Shown piece by piece: positions 27,217 through 37,457 of a stretch of 64,000 nt of DNA (positions within the stretch are counted from its first letter, which is position 1; the number at the start of each line of letters is the position of its first letter). Position numbers and translations under genes: made by a program. Under the pieces are notes generated by a model. That model was not told the DNA's origin and did no database searches. It worked only from the letters and a program-made list of their open reading frames with translations. Source of the stretch: Alphaproteobacteria bacterium (GTDB taxonomy: Bacteria; Pseudomonadota; Alphaproteobacteria; Rs-D84); the NCBI GenBank assembly GCA_017630405.1, contig JAGBVH010000007.1, positions 6,506 through 70,505 on the forward strand. The letters are read 5' to 3'.

Positions 27217-29145
27217 ATGGATATTACACAAGTATTGTTGTTTGGTGGTGCGACTTTGGGCGGCCTATTATTTATCACATTGATAGTATTGTTTTTTGTG
27301 TCGCGCAAATCTCAAAAAATTATGAATTCGTTGCTGAATATTATGCTACAACCCCAGCGTGTTAAAGTAGAAGATGCCAAGCGCGTACTGTCCTCCGTGC
27401 TGGCAGATGAAATCAATAAAATTGAACAATCCTTTCAAACAATGCGCGATACACTTAATGCACAAATCGCACAAGCAAATGAACTTAAGCATTCGTTAAC
27501 GGTTCAAAATGACAGGTTAATTGCCTTGGCAGACGAGGCAACCAAGAAAATCGCTGTTATGTCAGGCCGATTGGACAATACTGTTGGCGGTCTGGGCGCA
27601 GTTGTAAGTTCTGACGCTTGGCAGGATGTAGAAAACTCAACCGACAGATTCAGCAATACCGTTAACGACTTAATGGCGCACATAACTGAAACCGCAAACA
27701 ATACCACACAGCAAACAGCACAAATTCAATCACAAATCGATTCTTGGCTGGAAAGCAGCAAGAACTTGTCCGAAGGATTAAGTGGTGAATTTGATAAAAA
27801 CAAAGAACATATGCAGAATATAACAACAGAATCCGAGACTATGCAGAACAAACTGTCAGAACTGGCCAAGTCTGTAAATGATGGGTTTGATAAAATAAAA
27901 TCGACCGCATCCGATTATGAATCTATTATGACAAACAATAACAAGCAGTTGGATAATCATTTAAACAAACTGGACGCGTTCTCGAAACAGTCCAAGAAGC
28001 AATTAACCAGCCAAATGAACACATTGACCAATACAGCCAATGTTGTTGGCGGCCAGATTCGCTTGGCAGAAACTTCTGTTGACAAACAATTACGCAAACT
28101 GACCGAGGTTGTTGAAAAACTGATGTCAACCGCCACAACCACGGAATCTTCGGTGCGCGGAATTTCTGGGGAACTGGCAGCATTGACCAACAGTTTTGAT
28201 AATGAAATCAAAGAATTTGCAACCGGTGTTGTATCAGAACTTAAGACAGTATCAGGCGTTGCCAATGTGACACTTGAAAACACCAAGACCGCAGCAAACG
28301 CATTTTCGGATTCAGTAAAGACTATGGCGACCAGCGTGCGTGAAACACTGATCGAAATGAACACAGCGCACACACAATTGTCTGGCCAATCAGCAAACCT
28401 GATTAAAATGTCAAACGAAACAACCGCACAACTGCAGCCACTGTCTGTATTAATCGAAAAATACTATTCGGCCCTGCCCGATTTGTCACGCGGTAGCATC
28501 GAAGCCAGTGAAACACTTGAGAAAATCGTAGCAAGCCTGAATGAAAAACTTAATCTGATGAAGAGCACTGTTGCAGAATCTACAACCGCTGTATCTGAAT
28601 CTGCTATCAAATTGGAGGACTTGGCCGGTACATCACGTCAGCAGATGATTGACCTGATGTCTGATTATGCCAAGGCTGTTAACACTATGCAGACACTAAA
28701 CAAACAAATGATGGTTGCACGCGCAACAGCACCGATGGATGCGATTAAGACCGCGCCTGCGGAATCGTTTGGTCGCATCAGCAGTCAGGACTTTGTTGCA
28801 CAAAGCGAACGCATGTTCGAAAAACTGCATGAACAGTCCATGGATTTGACACGCGCAACGGGCGCAGAAATTCCAGATATTGTTTGGAAGAAACATCACG
28901 CGGGCGACAGCAAAATCTTTTCTAAATGGCTAGCAAAAATGCTAAAAGCCGCTGATAAAAAACAAATCCATAATATGGTTAAATCAGACACCGTATTCCG
29001 CAACCAAGCAACACAGTTTGTGCGCGGATTTGACAAGGTTCTGACAACCGCACAACAGGCAGATAACGCCGACAAGTTGGCGGCCGCGCTTATTAAAACG
29101 GATTTGGGCCAGATTTATTCGGCACTTAAACCAAACATTCAATAA
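27217..29145 (+). CDS. Membrane-anchored long coiled-coil protein (642 aa)
   Basis: RBS aggggga. N-terminal TM segment (VLLFGGATLGGLLFITLIVLFFV). About 450 aa of Q/N/T/S/E-rich helical sequence. A distinct C-terminal domain (DIVWKKHHAGDSKIFSKWLAKML...). Confidence 0.7.
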   Translation: MDITQVLLFGGATLGGLLFITLIVLFFVSRKSQKIMNSLLNIMLQPQRVKVEDAKRVLSSVLADEINKIEQSFQTMRDTLNAQIAQANELKHSLTVQNDRLIALADEATKKIAVMSGRLDNTVGGLGAVVSSDAWQDVENSTDRFSNTVNDLMAHITETANNTTQQTAQIQSQIDSWLESSKNLSEGLSGEFDKNKEHMQNITTESETMQNKLSELAKSVNDGFDKIKSTASDYESIMTNNNKQLDNHLNKLDAFSKQSKKQLTSQMNTLTNTANVVGGQIRLAETSVDKQLRKLTEVVEKLMSTATTTESSVRGISGELAALTNSFDNEIKEFATGVVSELKTVSGVANVTLENTKTAANAFSDSVKTMATSVRETLIEMNTAHTQLSGQSANLIKMSNETTAQLQPLSVLIEKYYSALPDLSRGSIEASETLEKIVASLNEKLNLMKSTVAESTTAVSESAIKLEDLAGTSRQQMIDLMSDYAKAVNTMQTLNKQMMVARATAPMDAIKTAPAESFGRISSQDFVAQSERMFEKLHEQSMDLTRATGAEIPDIVWKKHHAGDSKIFSKWLAKMLKAADKKQIHNMVKSDTVFRNQATQFVRGFDKVLTTAQQADNADKLAAALIKTDLGQIYSALKPNIQ

Positions 29146-29146
29146 A

Positions 29147-29175
29147 GAAACCGCCAAATGGCGGTTTTCTTTTAT
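29147..29175. terminator. Bidirectional terminator between 27217-29145 and tmk
   Basis: Stem accgcc, loop aaat, stem ggcggt, followed by TTTTCTTTT and preceded by an A-run. Confidence 0.7.
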
Positions 29176-29855
29176 CTTTTCTTTTGTATCATACTATCAA
29201 TTATTGGTCGGATTTCATTAAACACCTGTTCCTTGGTCATACGCGTACCATTTGGCAGCATCTCGTCCACTATGGTCCAATTATTTGGATTTCTGGCAGC
29301 AACATGACGATACACATTTGACACATCATACAACAGCTGAAAATCAGATTCGTGTATATCTGGCTTGCCGTTCTGGTATTCTTTCAGCCCAGTATTGCGC
29401 ATTTCATAAGCAACCTTGGGATCAAGGTACAAATAGATATTATAATCTGGACGCAAAATTCCCATCTGGGTAAATTCCAGATTTTCCAGATAATCTATCT
29501 TGGAATCCCACTGTTCACGCGGTGTCTTGGCCACAGAAAATACATTACTGTATGAATAGCGGTCCAAAATAACCCAATGCCCTGTTTCCAACCAATGTTT
29601 TATGATCGGTGTGTGCTGCTGACGATCAAGCGCATATGGCAGCATAGTGTATTCGGCAGGTAAATCGCGTATGCCACCGAATTTACCGTTCAGGTAATCT
29701 CGTACCAACTGACCAAAGAACGCTTTGTACTGCGGGAAATCAAGCGTTTTAACAGGTATGCCCAATGATGTTAGATATTCAACGATATTCATCACCTGTG
29801 TATGTTTTCCGGCCTTATCAGCACCTTCGACCGCAATCAAACGACCTTGTTTCAT
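29172..29855 (-). CDS. tmk: Thymidylate kinase family protein
   Basis: RLIAVEGADKAGKHTQ (P-loop), LDFPQY, and YALDRQQH...VILDRYSYSN (a DR(Y/H)-type motif). Confidence 0.65.
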   Translation of the reverse strand: MKQGRLIAVEGADKAGKHTQVMNIVEYLTSLGIPVKTLDFPQYKAFFGQLVRDYLNGKFGGIRDLPAEYTMLPYALDRQQHTPIIKHWLETGHWVILDRYSYSNVFSVAKTPREQWDSKIDYLENLEFTQMGILRPDYNIYLYLDPKVAYEMRNTGLKEYQNGKPDIHESDFQLLYDVSNVYRHVAARNPNNWTIVDEMLPNGTRMTKEQVFNEIRPIIDSMIQKKR

Positions 29856-29877
29856 ATTTTCCCCTTTTGTTTTTATG

Positions 29878-29903
29878 TATAAAAACCCGCATAAAGCGGG
29901 TTG
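29878..29903 (-). terminator. Intrinsic terminator after rpoD
   Basis: On the minus strand: stem acccgc, loop tttat, stem gcgggt, followed by TTTTT. Confidence 0.7.
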
Positions 29904-29908
29904 TGTTA

Positions 29909-31996
29909 TTAATCTTCCAAGAAGCTGCGCAATTTACGCGCGCGTGTTGGATGTTTTAATTTATTAAGAGCCTTTTGCTCAATCTGACGGATACGTTCGC
30001 GAGTCACGCCAATATATTCACCAACCTCTTCCAATGTGCTGGTTTTATTGGTGGACATACCAAAACGCTGGCGCAGAACTGTTTCTTCTTTGGGATCCAA
30101 TTCAGACAGAATCTGGGTGACAATTTTACGAAGATTCTTTTGCGCTGCAGATGTAAATGGATTCTTGGCTGTTTCGTCAGCGATAATCTCGATACGAGAA
30201 CTATCATCTTCTGTACCAACCGGCGCTTCCAAGGAAATTGGTTTAAGATTAACCTTCATAGCCTTGTGGATTTTATCAACCGGCAGATAAATTATCTTGG
30301 ACAATTCTTCGGCTGTTGGTTGACGGCCGTATTTATGCATAAACTGACGCGACGCACGCTGAATCTTGTGGATATTGTCAATCATATGCACAGGGATGCG
30401 AATTGTACGCGCCTGATCCGCAATACTGCGTGAAATACCCTGCTGAATCCAGTTAGTCGCATAGGTCGAGAATTTATTACCCAAGCGATAATCAAACTTG
30501 TCAACAGCCTTCATCAAACCAATATTTCCGTCCTGAACCAAGTCCGAGAAATCCAATCCAAGACCACGGTTGCTGGACTTTTTAGCAAACTTGATAACCA
30601 AGCGCAAGTTGGCTTCTATCATTTCGCGTTTGGCGCGGGCCGCTTCGGCCTGACCACGACGAACCAGTTCCACAACCTTTTTATATTCTGCAGTTGGTTG
30701 ACCTGTTTCGTTCGCAATAGCGGTAATGTCTTCTTGGATTTTAAGAATGTCTTTTTCGTGTTTCTTGGCAAAGTTCGCCCAAACAGGATTCTTGTGCTTG
30801 GCCAACTTTTTAACCCAATTGCGGTTTAATTCGTTGCCCACATATTCCGCCAAGAAATCTTCGCGCTTAATCTTGTTTGCCAACGCCAAGCGCAACAGTT
30901 TACCTTCTAGTCCCATCAACAACTGGTCGCGTTTAGTCAACTGTTCAAGAATTTCAGCATTGCGGTCATCGTTAAGGCGAATCTTGCTGACATGTTCAAA
31001 CAATTCCAGACGCTGTTTTGCGTATTTCTTTTCCAACGCTTCATCAGGTTTGTTCGAAGTCAACAGATTTTCCAAACGCTTGGCTTGTAATTTCTGCATG
31101 CTGTTAAAGATGCGTTTAATTTTCGAGAATAATTCGGTCACCATTGGCATCAAGGCTTCTTCCATAACTGGAATTGGCACGCCAGATGTTCCGCGCGGTG
31201 TATCTTCTTTCTTTACACCATCTTCATCGTCCATGTCTTCATCTTCGTCATCTTCTTCGTCATCAACAGCAGCGTCCGCCAAATCGTCCAAATCTTCGTC
31301 ATCCAGTTCATCAACGTGCTCTACACCCTTGGATTTAAGCGCTTCGGACAAAGCGGCCAAAGATTTTTGTTCAGAATCACTGGAATACATCACTTCAAGA
31401 TTAACGATATAACGCAAACGAACATCTTCGTCCAGCAACTGTTGATACCAATCCAGCATAGCCTTGATTGTCATCGGGCTTTCGCACAGGCCATAGACCA
31501 TAAGGCGAGACGCTGCCTCTATACGCTGGGCAATTGCGACTTCGCCTGCGGCTGTCAACAACTGAACCGTACCAATCTGTTTCAGATACGATTGAACTGA
31601 ATCCTGAACGCCCAAAACCAGCGAACCTGTCTGACTGCGTTCCAACTGTTTGGCATAGTGTTCATAGTCATCATCGTTGACATCTACCTGCTCTGCATCT
31701 GCGTTTAAAACATTACGCGTTTTATCGTGCGGGCCATCAGAGTCATCTTCATCATAATATTTACCCAAATCCTGAGGATAATTATCAGATTCCAGAATTT
31801 CTAGCCCCAAATCCTGTTGAAAGAAGTCCAAGACTTCATCATGTTCTTCCGTTGGAACTTCGTCCGCTTCAGTTGCGGCCTGAAAGTCCATGCGTGACAT
31901 ATAACCAACCTCTACCGCGCTGGTCGCAAGTCTTTGTAAGTTTTCTGGCAAGGAATCAATCAGCAGTCTTGTTGCTTCGTCTAACTTCTTGTTCAT
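29909..31996 (-). CDS. rpoD: RNA polymerase primary sigma factor RpoD
   Basis: Regions 1.1 to 4.2 are present (EANLRLVIKFAKK, DLVQDGNIGLMKAVDKFDY, YATNWIQQGISRSIADQARTIRIPVHM, TLEEVGEYIGVTRERIRQIE). There is a long acidic insert (DELDDEDLDDLADAAVDDEEDDEDEDMDDED). Confidence 0.98.
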   Translation of the reverse strand: MNKKLDEATRLLIDSLPENLQRLATSAVEVGYMSRMDFQAATEADEVPTEEHDEVLDFFQQDLGLEILESDNYPQDLGKYYDEDDSDGPHDKTRNVLNADAEQVDVNDDDYEHYAKQLERSQTGSLVLGVQDSVQSYLKQIGTVQLLTAAGEVAIAQRIEAASRLMVYGLCESPMTIKAMLDWYQQLLDEDVRLRYIVNLEVMYSSDSEQKSLAALSEALKSKGVEHVDELDDEDLDDLADAAVDDEEDDEDEDMDDEDGVKKEDTPRGTSGVPIPVMEEALMPMVTELFSKIKRIFNSMQKLQAKRLENLLTSNKPDEALEKKYAKQRLELFEHVSKIRLNDDRNAEILEQLTKRDQLLMGLEGKLLRLALANKIKREDFLAEYVGNELNRNWVKKLAKHKNPVWANFAKKHEKDILKIQEDITAIANETGQPTAEYKKVVELVRRGQAEAARAKREMIEANLRLVIKFAKKSSNRGLGLDFSDLVQDGNIGLMKAVDKFDYRLGNKFSTYATNWIQQGISRSIADQARTIRIPVHMIDNIHKIQRASRQFMHKYGRQPTAEELSKIIYLPVDKIHKAMKVNLKPISLEAPVGTEDDSSRIEIIADETAKNPFTSAAQKNLRKIVTQILSELDPKEETVLRQRFGMSTNKTSTLEEVGEYIGVTRERIRQIEQKALNKLKHPTRARKLRSFLED

Positions 31997-32031
31997 TCAC
32001 TAACCCTTGTGCGTTATTTAAGGTTTAACGA

Positions 32032-32574
32032 TTATTTCTTTTTCTTGTTGTTTGCCTGTTTTTGTGCCTTGGCAACCGCTTCGTGGATTGCAGATTCAGA
32101 CACCAGACCCAAAACAATCGGGCTTTGAATTTGAATGATAGAATATGATTTATGTGTTTTGTTGCGAATAGAAGCAACAGTTGGATTTGTGCTGCGCATC
32201 AGGCGTGCAACCTGGCCGTCTGACAGTTCTGGATAGTTTTTCAAAATCCACAACACACCACCCAAGCGATTCTGGCGATGCAATTTTGGTGTATAGCCAA
32301 CGCCACGCTTGTTCTGTTTCTTTTGTGCCTCGACAATTTCTTCGCGCAAAGTCAGGCGCGCAGTTGTATCTGCTTCGCACTTTTCGATATCTTCGCGCGT
32401 AACCTGACCCGTCAAAATTGGATTCAAAGGTTGAATTTTATATGTTTCTGCATCGGCAATATTTTTCACTTCAAGTTCATGCATGCCGCAGAAATCCGCG
32501 ATTTGTTCAAAAGTCAACGCTGTGTTTTCAATCAACCACAGTGCTGTAGATTTAGGCATATATGGATAGTTCAT
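32032..32574 (-). CDS. DUF1013 domain protein (alphaproteobacteria-specific)
   Basis: MNYPYMPKSTALWLIENTALTFEQIADFCGMHELEVKNIAD matches the DUF1013 N-terminus as recalled. The track start at 32604 adds 10 aa. Confidence 0.65.
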   Translation of the reverse strand: MNYPYMPKSTALWLIENTALTFEQIADFCGMHELEVKNIADAETYKIQPLNPILTGQVTREDIEKCEADTTARLTLREEIVEAQKKQNKRGVGYTPKLHRQNRLGGVLWILKNYPELSDGQVARLMRSTNPTVASIRNKTHKSYSIIQIQSPIVLGLVSESAIHEAVAKAQKQANNKKKK

Positions 32575-32661
32575 GGAAATTTCCTCTATTGTTAACGGGG
32601 GCAATATACACTAATATTGCCCCAATTTCAACCTATTTTTATTATTTTTTGTGTTTTTTGT

Positions 32662-34080
32662 TTAGGCTTTTTTAACTATTTTATAGCCATCTTTGCCATC
32701 CAATACGGTCCAACCGGCCGCATCGATTTGCGCGCGCAAGGCATCGGCCGTTGTCCAATCCTTGTTGGCCTTGGCCGTGGCGCGTTGGTCTGCCAACGCA
32801 ATAATATTCGCAGGTGCAGATTCATGTTCTAAATCAACCTGTTTTTGTGCCCTGTCCATAAATTGCAAGCCCAGCAATCTGTCAACAAATTCAAATAATG
32901 CTAATTTTGTTGCAGGATTTACAGATGTATCTTTTAACAATTCTTGAACCACAACCAATGATTCTGCAGTTTTCATATTATCAGACGCTGGTGCCAATAT
33001 CTTATCGTGCCATTCGTTATAAATCACAGAATTTAATTCACCCACATTATCACTATTCATTAAATCTGCAATTTTACGAACAATATTTTTATATCCTGTT
33101 GCAGCAGCATCTAATGAATCAAACGAAAATTCCAGTGGCTGACGATAATGACCTTGAAGCAACAGATACCGAAACGCCATTGGATCATAACCACGTGCAA
33201 TTAAATCACGTACAGTATACGCAGTCCCTTCTGACTTTGACATTTTGCCATCTTTCAGCATTAACCAAGCAAAATGCATCCAATACGAAACCCAAGGCGC
33301 CCCAACAATTGGTTCAGACTGTGCGATTTCGTTTGAATGATGAACCTTGGCGTGTTCTTGACCGCCAACATGTAAATCAAAATGCTGTCCCAGATATTTC
33401 ATGCTCATTGCACTGCATTCACTGTGCCATCCAGGAAATCCAACACCCCATGGGCTGTCCCATTCCATCTGACGCTTTACATCGGTTGGTGAAAATTTCC
33501 ATAATGCAAAGTCAGTAGAATTACGTTTGCCTGTATCATCAATACGTGCACCGCCACGCAATTCAGACAAATTTTGTCCGCCCAATGCACCATAGTTCGC
33601 AAATTTAGACGTATCATAATATATACCATCGCCCGGTATTTCATATGTATAACCAAGTGCTTCTAACTTTTTTACTTGCTCTATTTGTTCTGCAATATGA
33701 TCTGTTGCACGTGGCAAGTATGTTGGGCGAATTATGTTTAATAATTCCGCATCGTGTAAAAATCCATCAATATATTTTTGTGCAACATCCCAAACAGACA
33801 TATTTTCACGTGCTGCACCCTTTTCCATTTTATCATCACCACTGTCTGCATCACTTGTCAAATGTCCAACGTCTGTAATGTTTGTAACATGCGTAACATC
33901 ATATCCATTTTCAATAAACACACGTTTGATAATATCACTGTTTACAAAAGTACGCATATTTCCAATATGTGCATCCCAGTATACAGTTGGACCGCATGTA
34001 TAGAAACCCATTTTTCCGGGCGTTAATGGTTTGAATTCTTCCAGTTTTCTGCTCATTGTGTTATAAAGTCTTATCGTCAT
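32662..34080 (-). CDS. cysS: Cysteine--tRNA ligase
   Basis: [18 protein letters not shown] (HIGH), [12 protein letters not shown], and KMSKSEG (KMSKS). Confidence 0.97.
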   Translation of the reverse strand: MTIRLYNTMSRKLEEFKPLTPGKMGFYTCGPTVYWDAHIGNMRTFVNSDIIKRVFIENGYDVTHVTNITDVGHLTSDADSGDDKMEKGAARENMSVWDVAQKYIDGFLHDAELLNIIRPTYLPRATDHIAEQIEQVKKLEALGYTYEIPGDGIYYDTSKFANYGALGGQNLSELRGGARIDDTGKRNSTDFALWKFSPTDVKRQMEWDSPWGVGFPGWHSECSAMSMKYLGQHFDLHVGGQEHAKVHHSNEIAQSEPIVGAPWVSYWMHFAWLMLKDGKMSKSEGTAYTVRDLIARGYDPMAFRYLLLQGHYRQPLEFSFDSLDAAATGYKNIVRKIADLMNSDNVGELNSVIYNEWHDKILAPASDNMKTAESLVVVQELLKDTSVNPATKLALFEFVDRLLGLQFMDRAQKQVDLEHESAPANIIALADQRATAKANKDWTTADALRAQIDAAGWTVLDGKDGYKIVKKA

Positions 34081-34283
34081 AATGCGTTCCTTTTCGGTTT
34101 AAGTTCTTTGAAATTTTAGTAATTGTGTGATTGAAATGCAAACAAAATCAGTTTGCGAAAGTGCGATTCTAGCGACAACAGTAAAAATTAATAAAGCGAA
34201 CTGTCATGTTTGTATTATGACACCGCGACACCGCGAAAGTCAAGATACAACTATTAAATTCTGGGCATAGAATTGATAAACAA

Positions 34284-34311
34284 CAAAAATTAAACCCACC
34301 GTTTGGTGGGT
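34284..34311 (-). terminator. Intrinsic terminator after tRNA-Ser(GCU)
   Basis: On the minus strand: stem acccacc, loop aaac, stem ggtgggt, followed by TTTAATTTTT. Confidence 0.65.
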
Positions 34312-34321
34312 TGAATTTTTA

Positions 34322-34410
34322 TGGCGGAGCGTATAGGACTCGAACCTATGGACCAAAAAATCTCGGTCACAGATTAGCAATCTGCTGCATTACCACTCTG
34401 CCAACGCTCC
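34322..34410 (-). tRNA. tRNA-Ser (anticodon GCU)
   Basis: The reverse complement reads ggagcgt..gcaga-ttGCTaa-tctgt, a long variable arm, then ggttcgagtcc..acgctcc-g-cca. Confidence 0.9.
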
Positions 34411-34472
34411 GTGTGAGGGTCATTATATAGAATCATACAAATAAATGCAAGCGCGAATTTTGATATTTTTGA

Positions 34473-36947
34473 TTAAATGCCCTCAGGTACCAATATCAAA
34501 TCTATCACACTGCCATCTGAGCCTTGTTTAGAACAATAATTGGTTATATCATTGTTTGTCCAGCCATCTGGGCAGACCTGACTTCTGTCTGAAATATTGT
34601 CTGTTACAAGCCAAACCGACTCGCTGGTCGCCGGAGCCTCTTTTGGGTACGCCGCCACACACTTGGCAGAATACCCCCACTGACTGCGACGCGCACCATT
34701 TTCCCAACAAGAGCAAATGCCCCATGAAGCAATATCTGTACCCAGTGCATAATCCTTGGGGCACATATTTTCTTTTTCGCCTATGCCATACAAGGACTCA
34801 ATTGTATCACCACCATATGAAGTATTGTCGTTTTCAGTATATAAACATAAATTATCGCTGTCATAGCCAGACTTAATGAACTGCGTTTCAACAAAACGCC
34901 CCTGCAAGTCCATGCATTGTGTGGACAATATGTCAACAATCTGATTGTAAACTTCGGTTGCAACACCCGTTGAACGAATTGCACGATGAGTAACCGTTGT
35001 GCCGTCATCGTGCAACAAGCCATAAAGCAGTTTTGCTTCATTTGCTGTCGATTGCGCCAAATGATATATCGTCTCATTATTATTTGTGTCACTTGTGACA
35101 TACATATAATCCAGACCGCCAAAGGCCGCCTCGACCATTTCTGGGGCACTGCACGCTTCAATTTCTGCCAGATGTTTGGCGCATTCTGATTTGTATGTTT
35201 TTAACTGTGTCCCGTCTTCATTTAGCATCACTTCGTACAGCGTAAACCAATCCGGTGCTTGCCCTGTTCTGAACAGGCCGCTGTACGGATAATAGAAGTT
35301 TTCATAGTTGGTTCCGCCATAACTGTCAAAGCATTGCTTTACAATTGCGCGACACGCCGCCAATGTATCCGCTTCTTGTCTTTCCTGAATATACATAGCA
35401 ATAATGTCGCCATCGAACATATTGTTACAAGATTCGACATAATCCGTACACATTTTGCCAGTCAATGCGATTTTGTCTGGCTGTAATGCCACACTGCCCG
35501 AACCTGACAAACCAGACATAGCAGAAGTTATTGCACCATCGCCATTGATATAACAGGAAGAAACATAGTCAAAACAACCCTGCTTGATTTCATCGACCTT
35601 GGACCGTTGCGCATAGTAAATATCCAGCAATGCCTTGTCCAAATATTCCTGCCATACTATATCCGCATTTTCCACGCACTTGTCCAGCGCATCAGCAGCA
35701 AATTTTTTGGTGCGCGCCTCAAAATTATTTACAAATGTGCGATTATTGGAATTTGATGACAACTTTTGATCGGCGGCTTCAACACCGTCTTTGAACACCA
35801 GCATTTCTTGTAGTTTATAAAAGTCAACCACGCCAGCAATCGGTTTGCCTGTTGATATGTCTATGTATTCGCCATTATCAAGACACTTGTGATAATTTGC
35901 CCCACAAACTTGTTCGCTTAATATTGCCGATTCTACTTCGCTGATACATGTGGCAACATTAGAAGAATTGTGTTTCTGACGGTTTTCTATACGCGCCAAA
36001 TCCAGCATTGCACTACCTTCGCGGACAGCAGCCTTCATTTGTTTTTGAGTATTTTCAATCGCGGTTTGAACTGTATTACAATCCTGTTCTACCGCCATAA
36101 GGTATGCAGTTATGGCCCGTTGAAGCGCAGCATCCGTGCAATCGTTTTTGACCGCCTGACGACATTGAGGATAAACAGCGCTGTAAAGATTTTTACCGTT
36201 ATAAGCCGCGATTGCCTGACCCGCGTCGGTCATTCCAAACGCATTTGCTGTATCAAACGCAATATTTATACTGTTCAAATCCGAGAATTTACCCCCGACA
36301 GTACTGTCTTCACCACGGATAGAGTTCATAATCGCCTGAAGCAGCGCCTTGGATGCAGACTTATCATCAGTTAAGGCATTTTCGCCCTCGGACGCGGTTT
36401 TCATTGCCGCCGCCTGTGCCGCGGTCATACCGACAACATCAAGATTTTCCGTAAAGACCGTTAACTGTTCGCCCGCCTGTTGCAAAACATCGCGCTTGGC
36501 CGCCAAGTCATACACCCTGTCATTACAAGAACAGCGGCGATAATCATCATTTTTTAATGTGCAAAACTGATCCATACATGAAAAGTAAGCATCTTTACAC
36601 TGTTCATATGCCGCACCTGTACGCGTATCAATCGTTGATGTGTCTGTCGCCGCGCGAGATACAGTGCGCGATGTACCCGAGGCACGCAACGCAACAGATG
36701 TACGGGTTGGTGCGGATGGTGTGCGGGTCGCAGCACGGGATACAGTTGTCTGTTTTGTCGCAGCGCGTGGCACAACGACCGTTCCGCGAGCGGTATTTGT
36801 ACGCTTGGTTGTTGTAGAAACACGACTTTGCGTTGTGCGGGAATCATTATTTTTTGTCCTTTGAACCGTTGTCCCATCACGAACAGCAGCGTTGGCAAAA
36901 CCAACGCAAAGCAGTAAATTTGCGGCAAAAAACAGAATTTTCTTCAT
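34473..36947 (-). CDS. Large secreted cysteine-rich protein, family member B (824 aa), paralogue of 2693-5110
   Basis: ATG 36947 (MKKILFFAANLLLCVGFANA signal). R/S/T-rich tract (TVSRAATRTPSAPTRTSVALRASGTSRTVSRAAT). Shared motifs CKDAYFSCMDQFC..YRRCSC, QDCN, CGANYHKCLD and ENADIVWQEY. Confidence 0.8.
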   Translation of the reverse strand: MKKILFFAANLLLCVGFANAAVRDGTTVQRTKNNDSRTTQSRVSTTTKRTNTARGTVVVPRAATKQTTVSRAATRTPSAPTRTSVALRASGTSRTVSRAATDTSTIDTRTGAAYEQCKDAYFSCMDQFCTLKNDDYRRCSCNDRVYDLAAKRDVLQQAGEQLTVFTENLDVVGMTAAQAAAMKTASEGENALTDDKSASKALLQAIMNSIRGEDSTVGGKFSDLNSINIAFDTANAFGMTDAGQAIAAYNGKNLYSAVYPQCRQAVKNDCTDAALQRAITAYLMAVEQDCNTVQTAIENTQKQMKAAVREGSAMLDLARIENRQKHNSSNVATCISEVESAILSEQVCGANYHKCLDNGEYIDISTGKPIAGVVDFYKLQEMLVFKDGVEAADQKLSSNSNNRTFVNNFEARTKKFAADALDKCVENADIVWQEYLDKALLDIYYAQRSKVDEIKQGCFDYVSSCYINGDGAITSAMSGLSGSGSVALQPDKIALTGKMCTDYVESCNNMFDGDIIAMYIQERQEADTLAACRAIVKQCFDSYGGTNYENFYYPYSGLFRTGQAPDWFTLYEVMLNEDGTQLKTYKSECAKHLAEIEACSAPEMVEAAFGGLDYMYVTSDTNNNETIYHLAQSTANEAKLLYGLLHDDGTTVTHRAIRSTGVATEVYNQIVDILSTQCMDLQGRFVETQFIKSGYDSDNLCLYTENDNTSYGGDTIESLYGIGEKENMCPKDYALGTDIASWGICSCWENGARRSQWGYSAKCVAAYPKEAPATSESVWLVTDNISDRSQVCPDGWTNNDITNYCSKQGSDGSVIDLILVPEGI

Positions 36948-37023
36948 CTCTGATAGAAATATTAGCAAATTTGTAAAAATCAGTGCAAGTGAATAATAAA
37001 GTTTTGAAATTTATTTTTTCTTG

Positions 37024-37052
37024 TTGCATTGATTATAAATTTAATATATTAT
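37024..37052 (+). promoter_or_regulatory. Sigma70-like promoter of the tRNA cluster
   Basis: TTGCAT (37024-37029), a 17 nt spacer, then TATTAT (37047-37052), 11 nt before the first tRNA. Confidence 0.45.
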
Positions 37053-37063
37053 ATCTGACGCCT

Positions 37064-37150
37064 GCGGATATGGCGAAATTGGTAGACGCGCTAGTTTCAG
37101 GTACTAGTGGTAGCAATACCTTGGAAGTTCGAGTCTTCTTATCCGCACCA
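37064..37150 (+). tRNA. tRNA-Leu (anticodon CAG)
   Basis: Acceptor gcggata pairs with tatccgc. Anticodon loop ttCAGgt. Long variable arm. Encoded CCA. Confidence 0.9.
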
Positions 37151-37155
37151 GTTTT

Positions 37156-37231
37156 GGGGTTGTAGCTCAGTTGATAGAGCGCTACGTTCGCATCGTAGAG
37201 GTCGTGGGTTTGAGTCCCATCAGCTCCACCA
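37156..37231 (+). tRNA. tRNA-Ala (anticodon CGC)
   Basis: Acceptor ggggttg pairs with cagctcc, including G3-U70. Anticodon loop ttCGCat. Encoded CCA. Confidence 0.9.
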
Positions 37232-37237
37232 AGTTTT

Positions 37238-37258
37238 GCCGCGAAACGCGGCTTTATT
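37238..37258 (+). terminator. GC-rich hairpin plus TTTATT between tRNA-Ala and tRNA-Leu(UAA) (weak terminator or processing element)
   Basis: Stem gccgcg, loop aaa, stem cgcggc, followed by tttatt. Confidence 0.35.
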
Positions 37259-37268
37259 AAAAGTCTTC

Positions 37269-37355
37269 GGGGATATGGCGGAATGGTAGACGCTGAGGAC
37301 TTAAAATCCTTTGGTCATTGCGACCGTGTGGGTTCGAGTCCCACTATCCCCACCA
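37269..37355 (+). tRNA. tRNA-Leu (anticodon UAA)
   Basis: Acceptor ggggata pairs with tatcccc. Anticodon loop ctTAAaa. Long variable arm. Encoded CCA. Confidence 0.9.
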
Positions 37356-37374
37356 CACAATTATCTGTATTCTT

Positions 37375-37451
37375 GGATGTGTAGCTCAGCTGGTTAGAGC
37401 GCTTCGTTCACATCGAAGAGGTCGTTGGTTCGAGTCCAATCACATCCACCA
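37375..37451 (+). tRNA. tRNA-Val (anticodon CAC)
   Basis: Acceptor ggatgtg pairs with cacatcc. Anticodon loop ttCACat. T-arm gttggttcgagtccaat. Encoded CCA. Confidence 0.9.
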
Positions 37452-37457
37452 TAAATT

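Noticed and set aside
30726-31412. A 228 aa plus-strand ORF with a poly-Ser run.
   Set aside because: It is the reverse complement of the acidic (Asp/Glu-rich) insert of rpoD, because GAA/GAT codons read as TTC/ATC and Ser codons on the other strand.
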